Shown one piece after another: positions 16,675-25,196 of a stretch of 35,884 nucleotides of DNA. The DNA comes from an uncultured bacterium. GTDB lineage: Bacteria > Cyanobacteriota > Vampirovibrionia > Gastranaerophilales > Gastranaerophilaceae. Location of the stretch: assembly GCA_949299435.1 (NCBI GenBank), contig CASGAK010000003.1, forward strand, positions 1 to 35,884. Direction: 5' to 3'. Every line of letters starts with the position of its first letter. Position 1 is the stretch's first letter. Made by a program: the position numbers and the translations under genes. The notes beneath the pieces are model-generated. The model was given only the letters and a program-made list of their open reading frames with translations, did not search any database and was not told the DNA's origin.

Positions 16675-17646
16675 ATGACTAAAAATAAGTTAAGTGGAAC
16701 TGCACTGGGTGTATTATTTGAGGGGTTAAAATTGTACTGTGTACATTTTCCGCAGTATTTTTTATATATGCTTTTTCCTGTGTTTGGACAGTTGTTAGGA
16801 TTGTTTTGGGTTTTTGGTACAACGTATTTATATATAAATAATTTGGATTATTTGACAAGAGAAATTCCAATGTTAAATAGCCCAATTCCAATGCTCAGTT
16901 GTATGCTGCTGATTACGTTACCGGGATTGATATTGTGGATGAAAGCATTTTGGGATTATTTAGTAGCATACGGAGCAATAAATTCAATGACAGACGCTGC
17001 AATGTCTACTGGAAAAATTTATGACTTTCCTGCTTATAATGCAGTTGTTACAAGAAGATGTTTTTCATTCATAATTTTATGGCTTATATTCAGCCTGTTT
17101 TGTATGGTTTCTGTAATCCCGTTTTTCTGGCTACTCGGTATCATATTTTTTGTATATTTTGTGTTAATATTTCAAGTTTTTACCTTTGAAGAAGAAGTCA
17201 CACCCTCAGGGTGTTTTAAACGCAGTTTAATGCTGGTGAAGGGTAACTTTGCTAAAACTTTAGCAATAATGACTGTTTTGTTTGCCCTGACCTATTATTT
17301 TATTGAACTTGGAATTTCTGTGATATTTGATGCTTTGAAAATTACAGATTTTCTGCTTGGTTTATTTGAAGGCTTTGCCTCAATGATTCCCGTAGATGGT
17401 ATAAATTCAATACTTGCAATCTCAGGTGCTCCACAAATTACACCTTTGGATATATCAAGGTCTATAATTCAGCAGATAATATTTTTCTTAGTGGTAGGAT
17501 TTACATTACCATTGAGAAGTATTATCTGGACAATGTGGTATAAGAATTTGTCAGATCGAGATGGTGTGCCTGCAAAAGTTACAAAAAACAGCCGTAAAAA
17601 ATTGGATCCAGAAATATTAAAACGGGCAAAAGAAAAAGATAATTAA
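16675..17646 (+). CDS. polytopic membrane protein of unknown function
   Basis: 323 aa with about 6-7 hydrophobic segments and a basic C-terminal tail. AAGGGAG SD. Confidence 0.65.
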   Translation: MTKNKLSGTALGVLFEGLKLYCVHFPQYFLYMLFPVFGQLLGLFWVFGTTYLYINNLDYLTREIPMLNSPIPMLSCMLLITLPGLILWMKAFWDYLVAYGAINSMTDAAMSTGKIYDFPAYNAVVTRRCFSFIILWLIFSLFCMVSVIPFFWLLGIIFFVYFVLIFQVFTFEEEVTPSGCFKRSLMLVKGNFAKTLAIMTVLFALTYYFIELGISVIFDALKITDFLLGLFEGFASMIPVDGINSILAISGAPQITPLDISRSIIQQIIFFLVVGFTLPLRSIIWTMWYKNLSDRDGVPAKVTKNSRKKLDPEILKRAKEKDN

Positions 17647-17669
17647 TATATAAAACAGGTTTTATAGTT

Positions 17670-17885
17670 ATGTTTATATGTAAAAACTGTAAATCAATAG
17701 ATAAATTCGAATTGATGTTTTCACCCGATTACCAAGGTGAAAGACGTTTTTCGCAAAAATATAACGCAAAAAATGAAATTGAAATATCTGTAGATGGCTA
17801 CACTTTTATTCCTGATTTACGTTTTATGAATGAACATGCTGTATGCAGGTATTGCGGTCAAATATATATGTGGGATTACGAATAA
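17670..17885 (+). CDS. small zinc-ribbon-like protein (CxxC...CxxC), 71 aa
   Basis: CKNC at residues 4-7 and CRYC at residues 59-62. Lies 14 nt upstream of rph. Confidence 0.5.
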   Translation: MFICKNCKSIDKFELMFSPDYQGERRFSQKYNAKNEIEISVDGYTFIPDLRFMNEHAVCRYCGQIYMWDYE

Positions 17886-17899
17886 AAAGGCGGTATTAG

Positions 17900-18601
17900 A
17901 TGAGAGAAGAAAGAAAAAATAACGAATTAAGAGAAATTAAATTTACAAATAACTACACAAAACATGCATTAGGCAGTGTATTAGTGGAATTTGGTGATAC
18001 AAAAGTAATTACAACAGCATCAGTCGAGTCAGGAAAACCTAAATGGATGGATAAAGAGGATCCTCGCGGCTGGCTTACTGCAGAATATTCTCTTTTGCCA
18101 TCTTCTACCAGTACGAGATGTCAAAGAGAAAGAACAAAGATTTCTGGCAGAACTCAAGAAATTCAACGACTTATCGGAAGGAGCCTAAGAGCTTGTTTAG
18201 ATTTAACTAAAATTCCCGATTTAACTATAACGATAGATGCTGATGTTATTCAAGCTGATGGTGGAACTCGTACGGCAAGTATCTGCGGGGGGTATTTGGC
18301 ATTATGTGAAGCTGTGAAAAAACTTCTTGAAAATGGTATATTAAAAGAAAATCCGATAATTGAGCCTGTAGCTGCAATTTCTGCAGGAATAGTTAATGGT
18401 GAAGTGTTACTGGATTTGAATTATCAAGAAGATTCGCATGCTCAAGTTGATGCAAATATAGTTTTGACTAAAAGTGGTAAAATTATTGAATTCCAAACAA
18501 CAGCCGAGGGTGCACCCTATGAATCAGAAAAAATGATTGAAATATTTAATATTGCAAAAGACGGAATTAATAAAATAATTGCTAAATATGATTTAATCTA
18601 G
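17900..18601 (+). CDS. rph: ribonuclease PH
   Basis: R..ELREIKFT...HALGSVLVEFGDTKVITTASV and ITIDADVIQADGGTRTASI motifs. 233 aa. Confidence 0.92.
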   Translation: MREERKNNELREIKFTNNYTKHALGSVLVEFGDTKVITTASVESGKPKWMDKEDPRGWLTAEYSLLPSSTSTRCQRERTKISGRTQEIQRLIGRSLRACLDLTKIPDLTITIDADVIQADGGTRTASICGGYLALCEAVKKLLENGILKENPIIEPVAAISAGIVNGEVLLDLNYQEDSHAQVDANIVLTKSGKIIEFQTTAEGAPYESEKMIEIFNIAKDGINKIIAKYDLI

Positions 18602-18637
18602 TATAATCTTTTTATTAAAGAAAGGAGAATGTTTTAT

Positions 18638-19264
18638 ATGAAAAAACTTTTAGTGTTATCAATGATATTAGCATTTTCATTTGGAGTATCGGTCAATGCA
18701 GAAGATGCTGATACTTATTCAGGAAAAATATTACAAAAACATACTCAAAAAATTATGGACGCTGAAAGAAATTTTAATAGTATTCAAAAGCAAAATTACG
18801 ATGAATATTTAAAAAAACGGGAGCAGCGTGATGCTGATTTGCAGAAAAAAATGAATGAAATTCAACAAAAACAAGAACAGGATAAGCAGGAAATTAATGA
18901 AAGAGTTGAGGAGTTAAATAAATCTATTGAAGACATAAATCAGCAACGTCAAGAGCAAATGAGAAAGCAAGTAGAAGCAATACAAAATTACCAAGAAGCA
19001 AAAAATAAAGAAATGAATCAAAAAGTGGAAGAATTGAATAAATCCATTGATAAAGCAAAACAAAATTATAATATGGAAATGATTAAAAAAATGGAAGCAA
19101 TAGAAACTCAACAGTCAGAACGTCAACAAGAGATGGAGCAGCGAGTTGATGAGTTTAATGAATCAGTTGAAAAATTAAAACAGCAAAATGATGAAGCCGC
19201 AAAAGAAAGGCAACAAAAAATAGAACGTAAAAAAGAGCTTTGGAAAGAATTAATTACAGAGTAG
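18638..19264 (+). CDS. secreted, highly charged coiled-coil repeat protein
   Basis: The ATG at 18638 is well spaced from the AAAGGAG SD; the track start at 18629 is too close to it. Signal peptide MKKLLVLSMILAFSFGVSVNA. The rest is E/K/Q-rich with 40-aa repeats. Confidence 0.65.
   Translation: MKKLLVLSMILAFSFGVSVNAEDADTYSGKILQKHTQKIMDAERNFNSIQKQNYDEYLKKREQRDADLQKKMNEIQQKQEQDKQEINERVEELNKSIEDINQQRQEQMRKQVEAIQNYQEAKNKEMNQKVEELNKSIDKAKQNYNMEMIKKMEAIETQQSERQQEMEQRVDEFNESVEKLKQQNDEAAKERQQKIERKKELWKELITE
18905..19264 (+). repeat. three tandem 120-bp (40-codon) intragenic repeats
   Basis: Units begin GTTGAGGAGTTAAATAAATCTATTGA (18905), GTGGAAGAATTGAATAAATCCATTGA (19025) and GTTGATGAGTTTAATGAATCAGTTGA (19145), exactly 120 nt apart. 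Confidence 0.6.
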
Positions 19265-19280
19265 GAAAGGAGTTAGATTA

Positions 19281-19598
19281 ATGAAAAAAACTTTAGTAGC
19301 ATTGATGGCAATGGTTATGTTGAGTTCAACAGCAGTGTATGCTTCAGATACACCGATTTCAGATTGGATTAACAGCAAAACTTCAAAAATTACACAAAAA
19401 GAACAATCTGCAGCAGCTAAGGCAGAAGCAAGAAAGAAAAAACAACAAGAAAAAATTGCAAAACAAAAAGCAAAACAAGCTGAGGCAAAGAAAAAAGCTG
19501 CAGAAAGACAAGCTGCAAGAGAAAAGAAAGCCAAAGAGCATAAACAAAAAGTAGAAAAGAAAAAATCATTACTAAAAGAACTTTTCTCAGCAGATTAA
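19281..19598 (+). CDS. secreted Lys/Ala/Glu-rich low-complexity protein, 105 aa
   Basis: Signal peptide MKKTLVALMAMVMLSSTAVYA and an AAGGAG SD. The C-terminus EKKKSLLKELF resembles the ERKKELWKELI end of the preceding protein. Confidence 0.6.
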   Translation: MKKTLVALMAMVMLSSTAVYASDTPISDWINSKTSKITQKEQSAAAKAEARKKKQQEKIAKQKAKQAEAKKKAAERQAAREKKAKEHKQKVEKKKSLLKELFSAD

Positions 19599-19620
19599 TA
19601 AATGTAGATTTTTATAATTA

Positions 19621-19653
19621 AAAGGTAGAGAAGAATAATTTCTCTGCCTTTTT
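19621..19653 (+). terminator. rho-independent terminator
   Basis: GGTAGAGAA-gaataat-TTCTCTGCC stem (one G-U pair) followed by T6. Confidence 0.6.
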
Positions 19654-19705
19654 TATGGTAAAAAAAGTATCCCTGTGGTAGAATTGCATTGAAAGAAATG
19701 GTAAA

Positions 19706-21331
19706 ATGCAATTAACGGATAAAAAGATAATATCAGTATCAAAATTAATAGTAAAAACATTTCAAAGGTTAGGGATTGATACAATATTCGGCTATCCAGG
19801 AAGCTCAGTACTCTCATTGTATGATGAACTTTATCAACAAGATAGAATAAATCACTACCTTTTAAGACATGAACAATCGGCAGTGCATGCTGCAGAGGCT
19901 TACTCCAGAGTAAGCGGGAAATGCGGAGTTGTACTTGTAACAGCAGGTCCAGGTGCTACAAATACAATTACCGGTATTGCAAATGCTTATTTAGACGGCT
20001 ACCCGCTTATAATAATTTCAGGACAGGTCGCTACTTCCGCTAAAGGAAAAGGAGCATTCCAAGAAATAAACTTTACAGAAATGGTTAAGCACTGTGCAAA
20101 GGCAGTATTAAAAATTGAAACTGCTGAAGATATAGAACACTCGATTTTGCAGGCATATTTACTTGCTACAAGCGGTAAAAAAGGACCTGTAGTAATTGAA
20201 ATTCCAAAAGATATACTGGATTCGCATACAGAATATAGAAATTTGAGTCTGCCTGAAGATAATAAGATAACGTATGACAATATTGATACCCAAAAAGTTT
20301 TTGAACTTATAAAATCTTCCAAAGCACCTTTGATAATTTCAGGAGGAGGTGTCGTTCATGCAAAAGCCTTTAAAGAATTATTTACATTTTCTACAATGTT
20401 AAATATCCCTATAGTTTCTACGATGATGGGAATTGGCACTTTTCCGCAGAATAATAGCCTATATTCGGGCATGATTGGCACTTATGGAGATATAGCAGCA
20501 AATAAAAAATTAATCTCTGCTGATTTGTTAATAATATTGGGCTCACGTTTGAATGACAGAATTTTAAATGCCTTTGAATTTGATAAATTTAATCATAAAA
20601 CAATAATTCTTGTGGATATTAATTCAGAGGAAATATCGCAAAATATCAATGTGGATTACAATTGTAGTTGCGATATAAAATATTTTTTAAATGAAATGAC
20701 GGCTTTTATAAAAAATACAAAATATTCTGTGCCCCTCAGCTCTTTTGAAGTTGAAAAAAATACACAAAATGCTCCTTTACTTAGTGAAAGTCTTACAATG
20801 AAAAAAATAATAAAAGAACTTTCAGAATATATAAAGGATTTGTCAATAAAAATAACAACCGATGTAGGACAACATCAAATAGCATTAATCAATAATTTTC
20901 AATTTAATTTACCTGAAACGCTTATCACATCGGGTGGATTTGGAACAATGGGGTTTGGGCTTCCAGCAGCAATAGGGGCATCTATTGCATCAAACAAAAG
21001 TCCAATTATACTCTTTAGCGGGGACGGTTCTTTTCAGATGAGCCTTTCAGAGCTTGCGGTATGTAAAGAGTATAATTTACCGATAAAAATTATGATAATG
21101 AATAACGGATATCTTGGTATGGTGCGACAGTTGCAACAAGAGCAATGTAATGAGCGATATTATGCGACTGCAATATCTAATCCTGATTTTGTACAGCTTG
21201 CCAAAAGCTATGGTATAGATGGTATAAAGGTTGATAACTCTTGTGACCTTAAATCCGTATTTGATATAGCGTTAAAAAATGATAGACCTTATTTAATGGA
21301 TTTTATAATTGATCCTAGAGAGAATGTCTAA
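19706..21331 (+). CDS. ilvB: acetolactate synthase (AHAS) large-subunit-like thiamine-diphosphate enzyme
   Basis: FGYPGSSVLSLYDEL, RHEQSAVHAAEAYSRVSGKCGVVLVTAGPGATN, GGFGTMGFGLPAAIGA and GDGSFQM...NNGYLGMVRQLQ motifs. No ilvN or ilvC is adjacent. Confidence 0.75.
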   Translation: MQLTDKKIISVSKLIVKTFQRLGIDTIFGYPGSSVLSLYDELYQQDRINHYLLRHEQSAVHAAEAYSRVSGKCGVVLVTAGPGATNTITGIANAYLDGYPLIIISGQVATSAKGKGAFQEINFTEMVKHCAKAVLKIETAEDIEHSILQAYLLATSGKKGPVVIEIPKDILDSHTEYRNLSLPEDNKITYDNIDTQKVFELIKSSKAPLIISGGGVVHAKAFKELFTFSTMLNIPIVSTMMGIGTFPQNNSLYSGMIGTYGDIAANKKLISADLLIILGSRLNDRILNAFEFDKFNHKTIILVDINSEEISQNINVDYNCSCDIKYFLNEMTAFIKNTKYSVPLSSFEVEKNTQNAPLLSESLTMKKIIKELSEYIKDLSIKITTDVGQHQIALINNFQFNLPETLITSGGFGTMGFGLPAAIGASIASNKSPIILFSGDGSFQMSLSELAVCKEYNLPIKIMIMNNGYLGMVRQLQQEQCNERYYATAISNPDFVQLAKSYGIDGIKVDNSCDLKSVFDIALKNDRPYLMDFIIDPRENV

Positions 21332-21927
21332 TCCATTTGATCATATACACGTTTTATTTCTTGAATATCTTGCCACATTTGCCACTTAGGACTTCCTTTT
21401 TCTCTAGAATCATTTCTTAAAAGATATGACGGGTGATAAATAGGCATCATTTTAGAAAAATTCGGACCTTCATACCATTTCCCTCTGATTTTGGTAATTC
21501 CTTGTGTTGTTCCAAGCATAGAATTTACAGCTACGCGTCCGCAAAGAAGAATAATTTTCGGCTTCAAAATTTCTATTTGAGCATCTAAATATTCTTTGCA
21601 AGCCTCTTTTTCTTCTGGAAGCGGATCACGATTTTCAGGCGGTCGGCATTTTAGAGTGTTACAGATATATAGGTGCTCTTTTCTTGAAAATCCGACAGAG
21701 GCTAATATTTTATCTAAAAGCTGACCGGCTTTGCCGACAAAAGGTTCTCCTTTTTGATCTTCATAAAATCCAGGAGCTTCACCAATAAGCATCATTTTAT
21801 GATTTGGAACTCCTCCAGAAAATACAGTATTTGTTCTTGTCTTGCAAAGTGGACATTTTTCACATTTAAGACACTTTTGATGTACCTTTTCTAATTCTGC
21901 AATTTCATCTGGCGAAGCTAAAATCAT
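21328..21927 (-). CDS. family 4 uracil-DNA glycosylase (Fe-S type)
   Basis: GEAPGFYEDQKGEPFVGKAGQLLD, an N-terminal Cys cluster (CxxCxxCxxC region) and HPSYLLR. Confidence 0.88.
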   Translation of the reverse strand: MILASPDEIAELEKVHQKCLKCEKCPLCKTRTNTVFSGGVPNHKMMLIGEAPGFYEDQKGEPFVGKAGQLLDKILASVGFSRKEHLYICNTLKCRPPENRDPLPEEKEACKEYLDAQIEILKPKIILLCGRVAVNSMLGTTQGITKIRGKWYEGPNFSKMMPIYHPSYLLRNDSREKGSPKWQMWQDIQEIKRVYDQMD

Positions 21928-21930
21928 AGG

Positions 21931-23262
21931 CTATACTTCCTCAGGATCTAATACTGAAATAACACAATTATTTATATCAAGGTATTTTTTGATTGTTGCG
22001 TTCAAATCGTCAATTGTAATACTGTCTAAATCCTCTAAATATTGTTCAACGAGTTTTAAATCTTCGCATACGGTCATATAATACCCGATCGTTTCTCCGA
22101 TTTCAGATACCGTTTCAGCAGAATATGCAAAACGTGTTTTTATCCGCTTTTTCGCTTTGTTGAGCTCGTCTTCGGTAATTCTTATTTCTGTTAATTCTTT
22201 TAATTCTTTTTTTATTAACTCAAGAGCCAAGTCTTTTTTATCGGGTCTGAAATTGGCTTGAATAAAGAAATTATCTCCGTCTTTAAATTGATAATGTTCT
22301 GCACTTACCATATTGAACAGAGCATCTGTACGTTTTTCAATCAAATTCTGATACATTCTGGAACTTGTACTGTCGCCTAGAATAATACTTATTAGATCCA
22401 ATTCAATTGTTGATTTGATATCACAAGCTCTTGGACCTAGCCAGCCAAAAATTGCATAAGACGTATTTACATGAGCTTTTTGCTCAAAATATTTTGTAGA
22501 TTTTACAGGCTTGTCAATTTCATTATTTTTTTTAGGAGCATTAGCTCTGCCTTTGAAATCAAATTCTTTTTCAACTTTTTTCAAAATTTCATTTTTATCA
22601 AAATCACCTACAATTATTGTTGTGATATTCTCAGGAGAGTAGAATGTCTGATAATAATTCATTATATCATCACGAGTAACTTGAGAAATTATCTCTGGAG
22701 TGCCTATTACATCTCGTTTATAAGGGTGTGAGGTGTACATGTTGAAATTGCAAGTGTTATATACTTTGGTCCAAGGCTGATCTTTTCGCATTCTTATTTC
22801 TTCGATTACGACATGACGTTCTCTTTTTTCTTTAACATTTTGATCATTTAAATCAAATGCAGGTCCGATTTCTTCTTCAGGTAATATCGGATCAAGCATC
22901 ATATCAGCATGCAGTTCTATTGCTAAATCTAAATTGGAATTATTTTCTCCCTTAGGCAAAGTTACATAATAAAAAGTGTAATCTTTCCAGGTAGCAGCGT
23001 TTACAATAGCACCTTTAGCTTCAAGAATTTTGTCAAATTCTCCGGCTTTATGTTTATGTGTGCCTTTGAACATCAGATGTTCCAGAAAATGTGAAATCCC
23101 GTTAATTTTATCATCTTCGTTTATAGATCCTGTTTTCACCCAAGAACTGACATTTACTAAATCCCCCTCTTTGTGAGCTAAAACTATTTTATGACCGTTT
23201 TCGCGTTCATATATTTCAACTTCATTTGTAAGGTATGGATATTTAACGGTAGATTTTTTCAT
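21931..23262 (-). CDS. M16 (pitrilysin) family zinc peptidase
   Basis: Inverted zinc motif HFLEHLMFKGT (HxxEH). 443 aa. GGAGAAAG SD. Confidence 0.88.
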   Translation of the reverse strand: MKKSTVKYPYLTNEVEIYERENGHKIVLAHKEGDLVNVSSWVKTGSINEDDKINGISHFLEHLMFKGTHKHKAGEFDKILEAKGAIVNAATWKDYTFYYVTLPKGENNSNLDLAIELHADMMLDPILPEEEIGPAFDLNDQNVKEKRERHVVIEEIRMRKDQPWTKVYNTCNFNMYTSHPYKRDVIGTPEIISQVTRDDIMNYYQTFYSPENITTIIVGDFDKNEILKKVEKEFDFKGRANAPKKNNEIDKPVKSTKYFEQKAHVNTSYAIFGWLGPRACDIKSTIELDLISIILGDSTSSRMYQNLIEKRTDALFNMVSAEHYQFKDGDNFFIQANFRPDKKDLALELIKKELKELTEIRITEDELNKAKKRIKTRFAYSAETVSEIGETIGYYMTVCEDLKLVEQYLEDLDSITIDDLNATIKKYLDINNCVISVLDPEEV

Positions 23263-23333
23263 AAAACTTTCTCCTGATAACTTTTTTATTTAAGTATACA
23301 TCAAAAAATAATTTTTTGTTGTATCATAAGAGT

Positions 23334-24014
23334 ATGATAGAAAGATTAAAAAACAAAGTAATAGTATCGGTACAAGCAATGCCTTCAGAGCCTTTGTATT
23401 TGGAAAAATGCATGGTTGCGATGATGAAATCAGTTGTTAAAGGTGGAGCAGGCGGACTTCGAGTTGCGGGAGTCAGAGATGTTGTAAATGCAAAAAGACT
23501 TTTTGATATCCCAGTAATCGGAATTACAAAGCCTGAAGTAATCCCTCCTAATTGGCAGGAAATAGTTTATATAACCCCTGAATTAAAGGACGTAATATCT
23601 TTAGTCAATGCAGGTGCTGATATAATTGCCTTTGATGGAACCCAAAGAAAACGTCCCAACGGTGCCACATTAGAAGAAATTATTAAATATATAAAAATAA
23701 ATAAAAGAGTTTCAATGGCAGATATTTCTACTGTGGAAGAAGGGATAAAAGCAGCAGAAATGGGGGCTAATATTTTATCGACAACTCTTTCAGGGTATAC
23801 ATTGGAGTCACCTTTGAAAAATGACGGACCTGATTTTGAATTATTAAAAGAGCTGGTTGAAAAAACAAATGTACCTATTGTATTAGAAGGCAGGATATGG
23901 GAGCCAGAAGAAGTAGATAAAGCGTTCGAATTAGGTGCACATTGTGTCGTAATCGGGTCTGCTATTACTCGTCCGCAGTTAATTACAAAACGTTTTGTAC
24001 AGAGAAAAAAATAA
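23334..24014 (+). CDS. nanE: N-acetylmannosamine-6-phosphate 2-epimerase
   Basis: VIVSVQA, VIGITK, AFDGTQRKRP, SMADISTVEEG, TTLSGYT, LEGRIWEPEE and VVIGSAITRPQLITKRF motifs. The track start at 23316 is a TTG; the ATG at 23334 is preferred. Confidence 0.88.
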   Translation: MIERLKNKVIVSVQAMPSEPLYLEKCMVAMMKSVVKGGAGGLRVAGVRDVVNAKRLFDIPVIGITKPEVIPPNWQEIVYITPELKDVISLVNAGADIIAFDGTQRKRPNGATLEEIIKYIKINKRVSMADISTVEEGIKAAEMGANILSTTLSGYTLESPLKNDGPDFELLKELVEKTNVPIVLEGRIWEPEEVDKAFELGAHCVVIGSAITRPQLITKRFVQRKK

Positions 24015-24023
24015 GAGGATTAT

Positions 24024-24959
24024 ATGTTAAAGGCTTTAGCAATTGATATTGGCGGTACAAAAATTTATAACACCATTGTCAATGAACTTGGTGAAATTAA
24101 AAGTGAAGTCGAAAAACGTTCTACGCCTAAAACTTTTGAAGAAATAAAAAAAGTTTTAAGTGAAATAATAAAAAAATATGAAAACGATGCAGATGTGATT
24201 GCTATAGCAACAGCCGGGGCTGTAAATAATGAGAATACAGGAGTTATAGGCTCGACCGGGAATATAGCAGAAGGCTATTCAAATTTAGATTTCCAAAGTT
24301 TGAGTAAAAAAAGAGTTTTTGTAGAAAATGATGCAAATGCAGCCGCTTGGGCAGAGCATATAATCGGAGCTTCAAAAAATTGTGCAGACAGTATAATGTT
24401 GACTCTTGGAACGGGAGTTGGCGGGGGAATTATTGTAAATAACAAACTTTTGAAAGGCAAAAACGGTGCAGCCGGTGAAATGCATTTTAAAATGTACCCT
24501 GATAAAAGACGTCTGTGTACATGTGGTGCTTACGATTGCTTTGAGGCATATGCATCAGGTACTGGGCTTAAAAAAACTGCTATTGAAATTATCGGCAATC
24601 CAAATGTGACAACATATGACGTCATTAATGAGGTTAATGCCGTGTTAGCTCACCCTGAAAAATCAATTGGAATATTAAAAACAGAAATCCTGCAAGCTGC
24701 TTCTGAAGATAAATATGTGAAAGCCTTTTTAAAGTGGCAAGATGATATTCTTGCAGGTTGTATAGGGCTTGCAAATATTTTTGATACCTGTATGATTGTC
24801 CTTTCAGGATCTATGGCGGAATTTGTCGATACTGAATATATTGAAAATGAATTAAATAAAGAAATAGTGACCACCTATACAAAAGTCAGAAAAGCAACTG
24901 CAGGAAATTATTCCGGTATGATAGGTGCAGCACTGCTGTCGCTTGGAGTTGGAATTTAG
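24024..24959 (+). CDS. ROK-family sugar kinase (N-acetylmannosamine/glucose kinase-like)
   Basis: DIGGTKI, ENDANAAAWAE, LGTGVGGGI and the Zn motif CTCGAYDCFEAYASG. Lies immediately downstream of nanE. Confidence 0.85.
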   Translation: MLKALAIDIGGTKIYNTIVNELGEIKSEVEKRSTPKTFEEIKKVLSEIIKKYENDADVIAIATAGAVNNENTGVIGSTGNIAEGYSNLDFQSLSKKRVFVENDANAAAWAEHIIGASKNCADSIMLTLGTGVGGGIIVNNKLLKGKNGAAGEMHFKMYPDKRRLCTCGAYDCFEAYASGTGLKKTAIEIIGNPNVTTYDVINEVNAVLAHPEKSIGILKTEILQAASEDKYVKAFLKWQDDILAGCIGLANIFDTCMIVLSGSMAEFVDTEYIENELNKEIVTTYTKVRKATAGNYSGMIGAALLSLGVGI

Positions 24960-24977
24960 CGGGGAGAGTTTTATTAT

Positions 24978-25196
24978 ATGGGAAAGGCTAAAAAAAGAAG
25001 TTTACACCTTGGGATAAATGATCAGTTTGCTAAATTAACCAGATTAGAGGCTGTTCAGTTGGTTGTTGAAAAACTTAAAAAAGGGGATAATGATGTGTAT
25101 GCTTTAATAACTTTGTTTGGACTTTCTGCTGAAGAAATTCTTGAGGGTGGTGCAAGTTATGAAGCTGTTAAAGGGCTTGGAGGCTTATTAAATTGA
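24978..25196 (+). CDS. hypothetical small protein, 72 aa
   Basis: GGGGAGAG SD. Its stop overlaps the TTG start of the next ORF. No firm motif. Confidence 0.45.
   Translation: MGKAKKRSLHLGINDQFAKLTRLEAVQLVVEKLKKGDNDVYALITLFGLSAEEILEGGASYEAVKGLGGLLN

Noticed and set aside
19250-19554. Alternative-frame and antisense ORFs (19250..19534 minus, 19339..19554 plus) within the Lys/Ala-rich gene.
   Set aside because: They are artefacts of the repetitive GCA/AAA/GAA-rich sequence. Only the 19281 frame has an SD and a signal peptide.
19698-19715. 5-codon uORF (ATG GTA AAA TGC AAT TAA) overlapping the ilvB-like start, considered as a possible ilv leader peptide.
   Set aside because: It is not enriched in Ile/Leu/Val codons and has no attenuator terminator structure, so it is probably fortuitous.
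24978-25196. The 72-aa ORF considered as a Nif11-type or double-glycine leader peptide (RiPP precursor), because of ...GLSAEEILEG... and ...GLGGLLN.
   Set aside because: Only 3 residues would follow the GG, there is no Cys/Ser/Thr-rich core, and no modifying enzyme or C39-peptidase transporter is nearby. The resemblance is weak.
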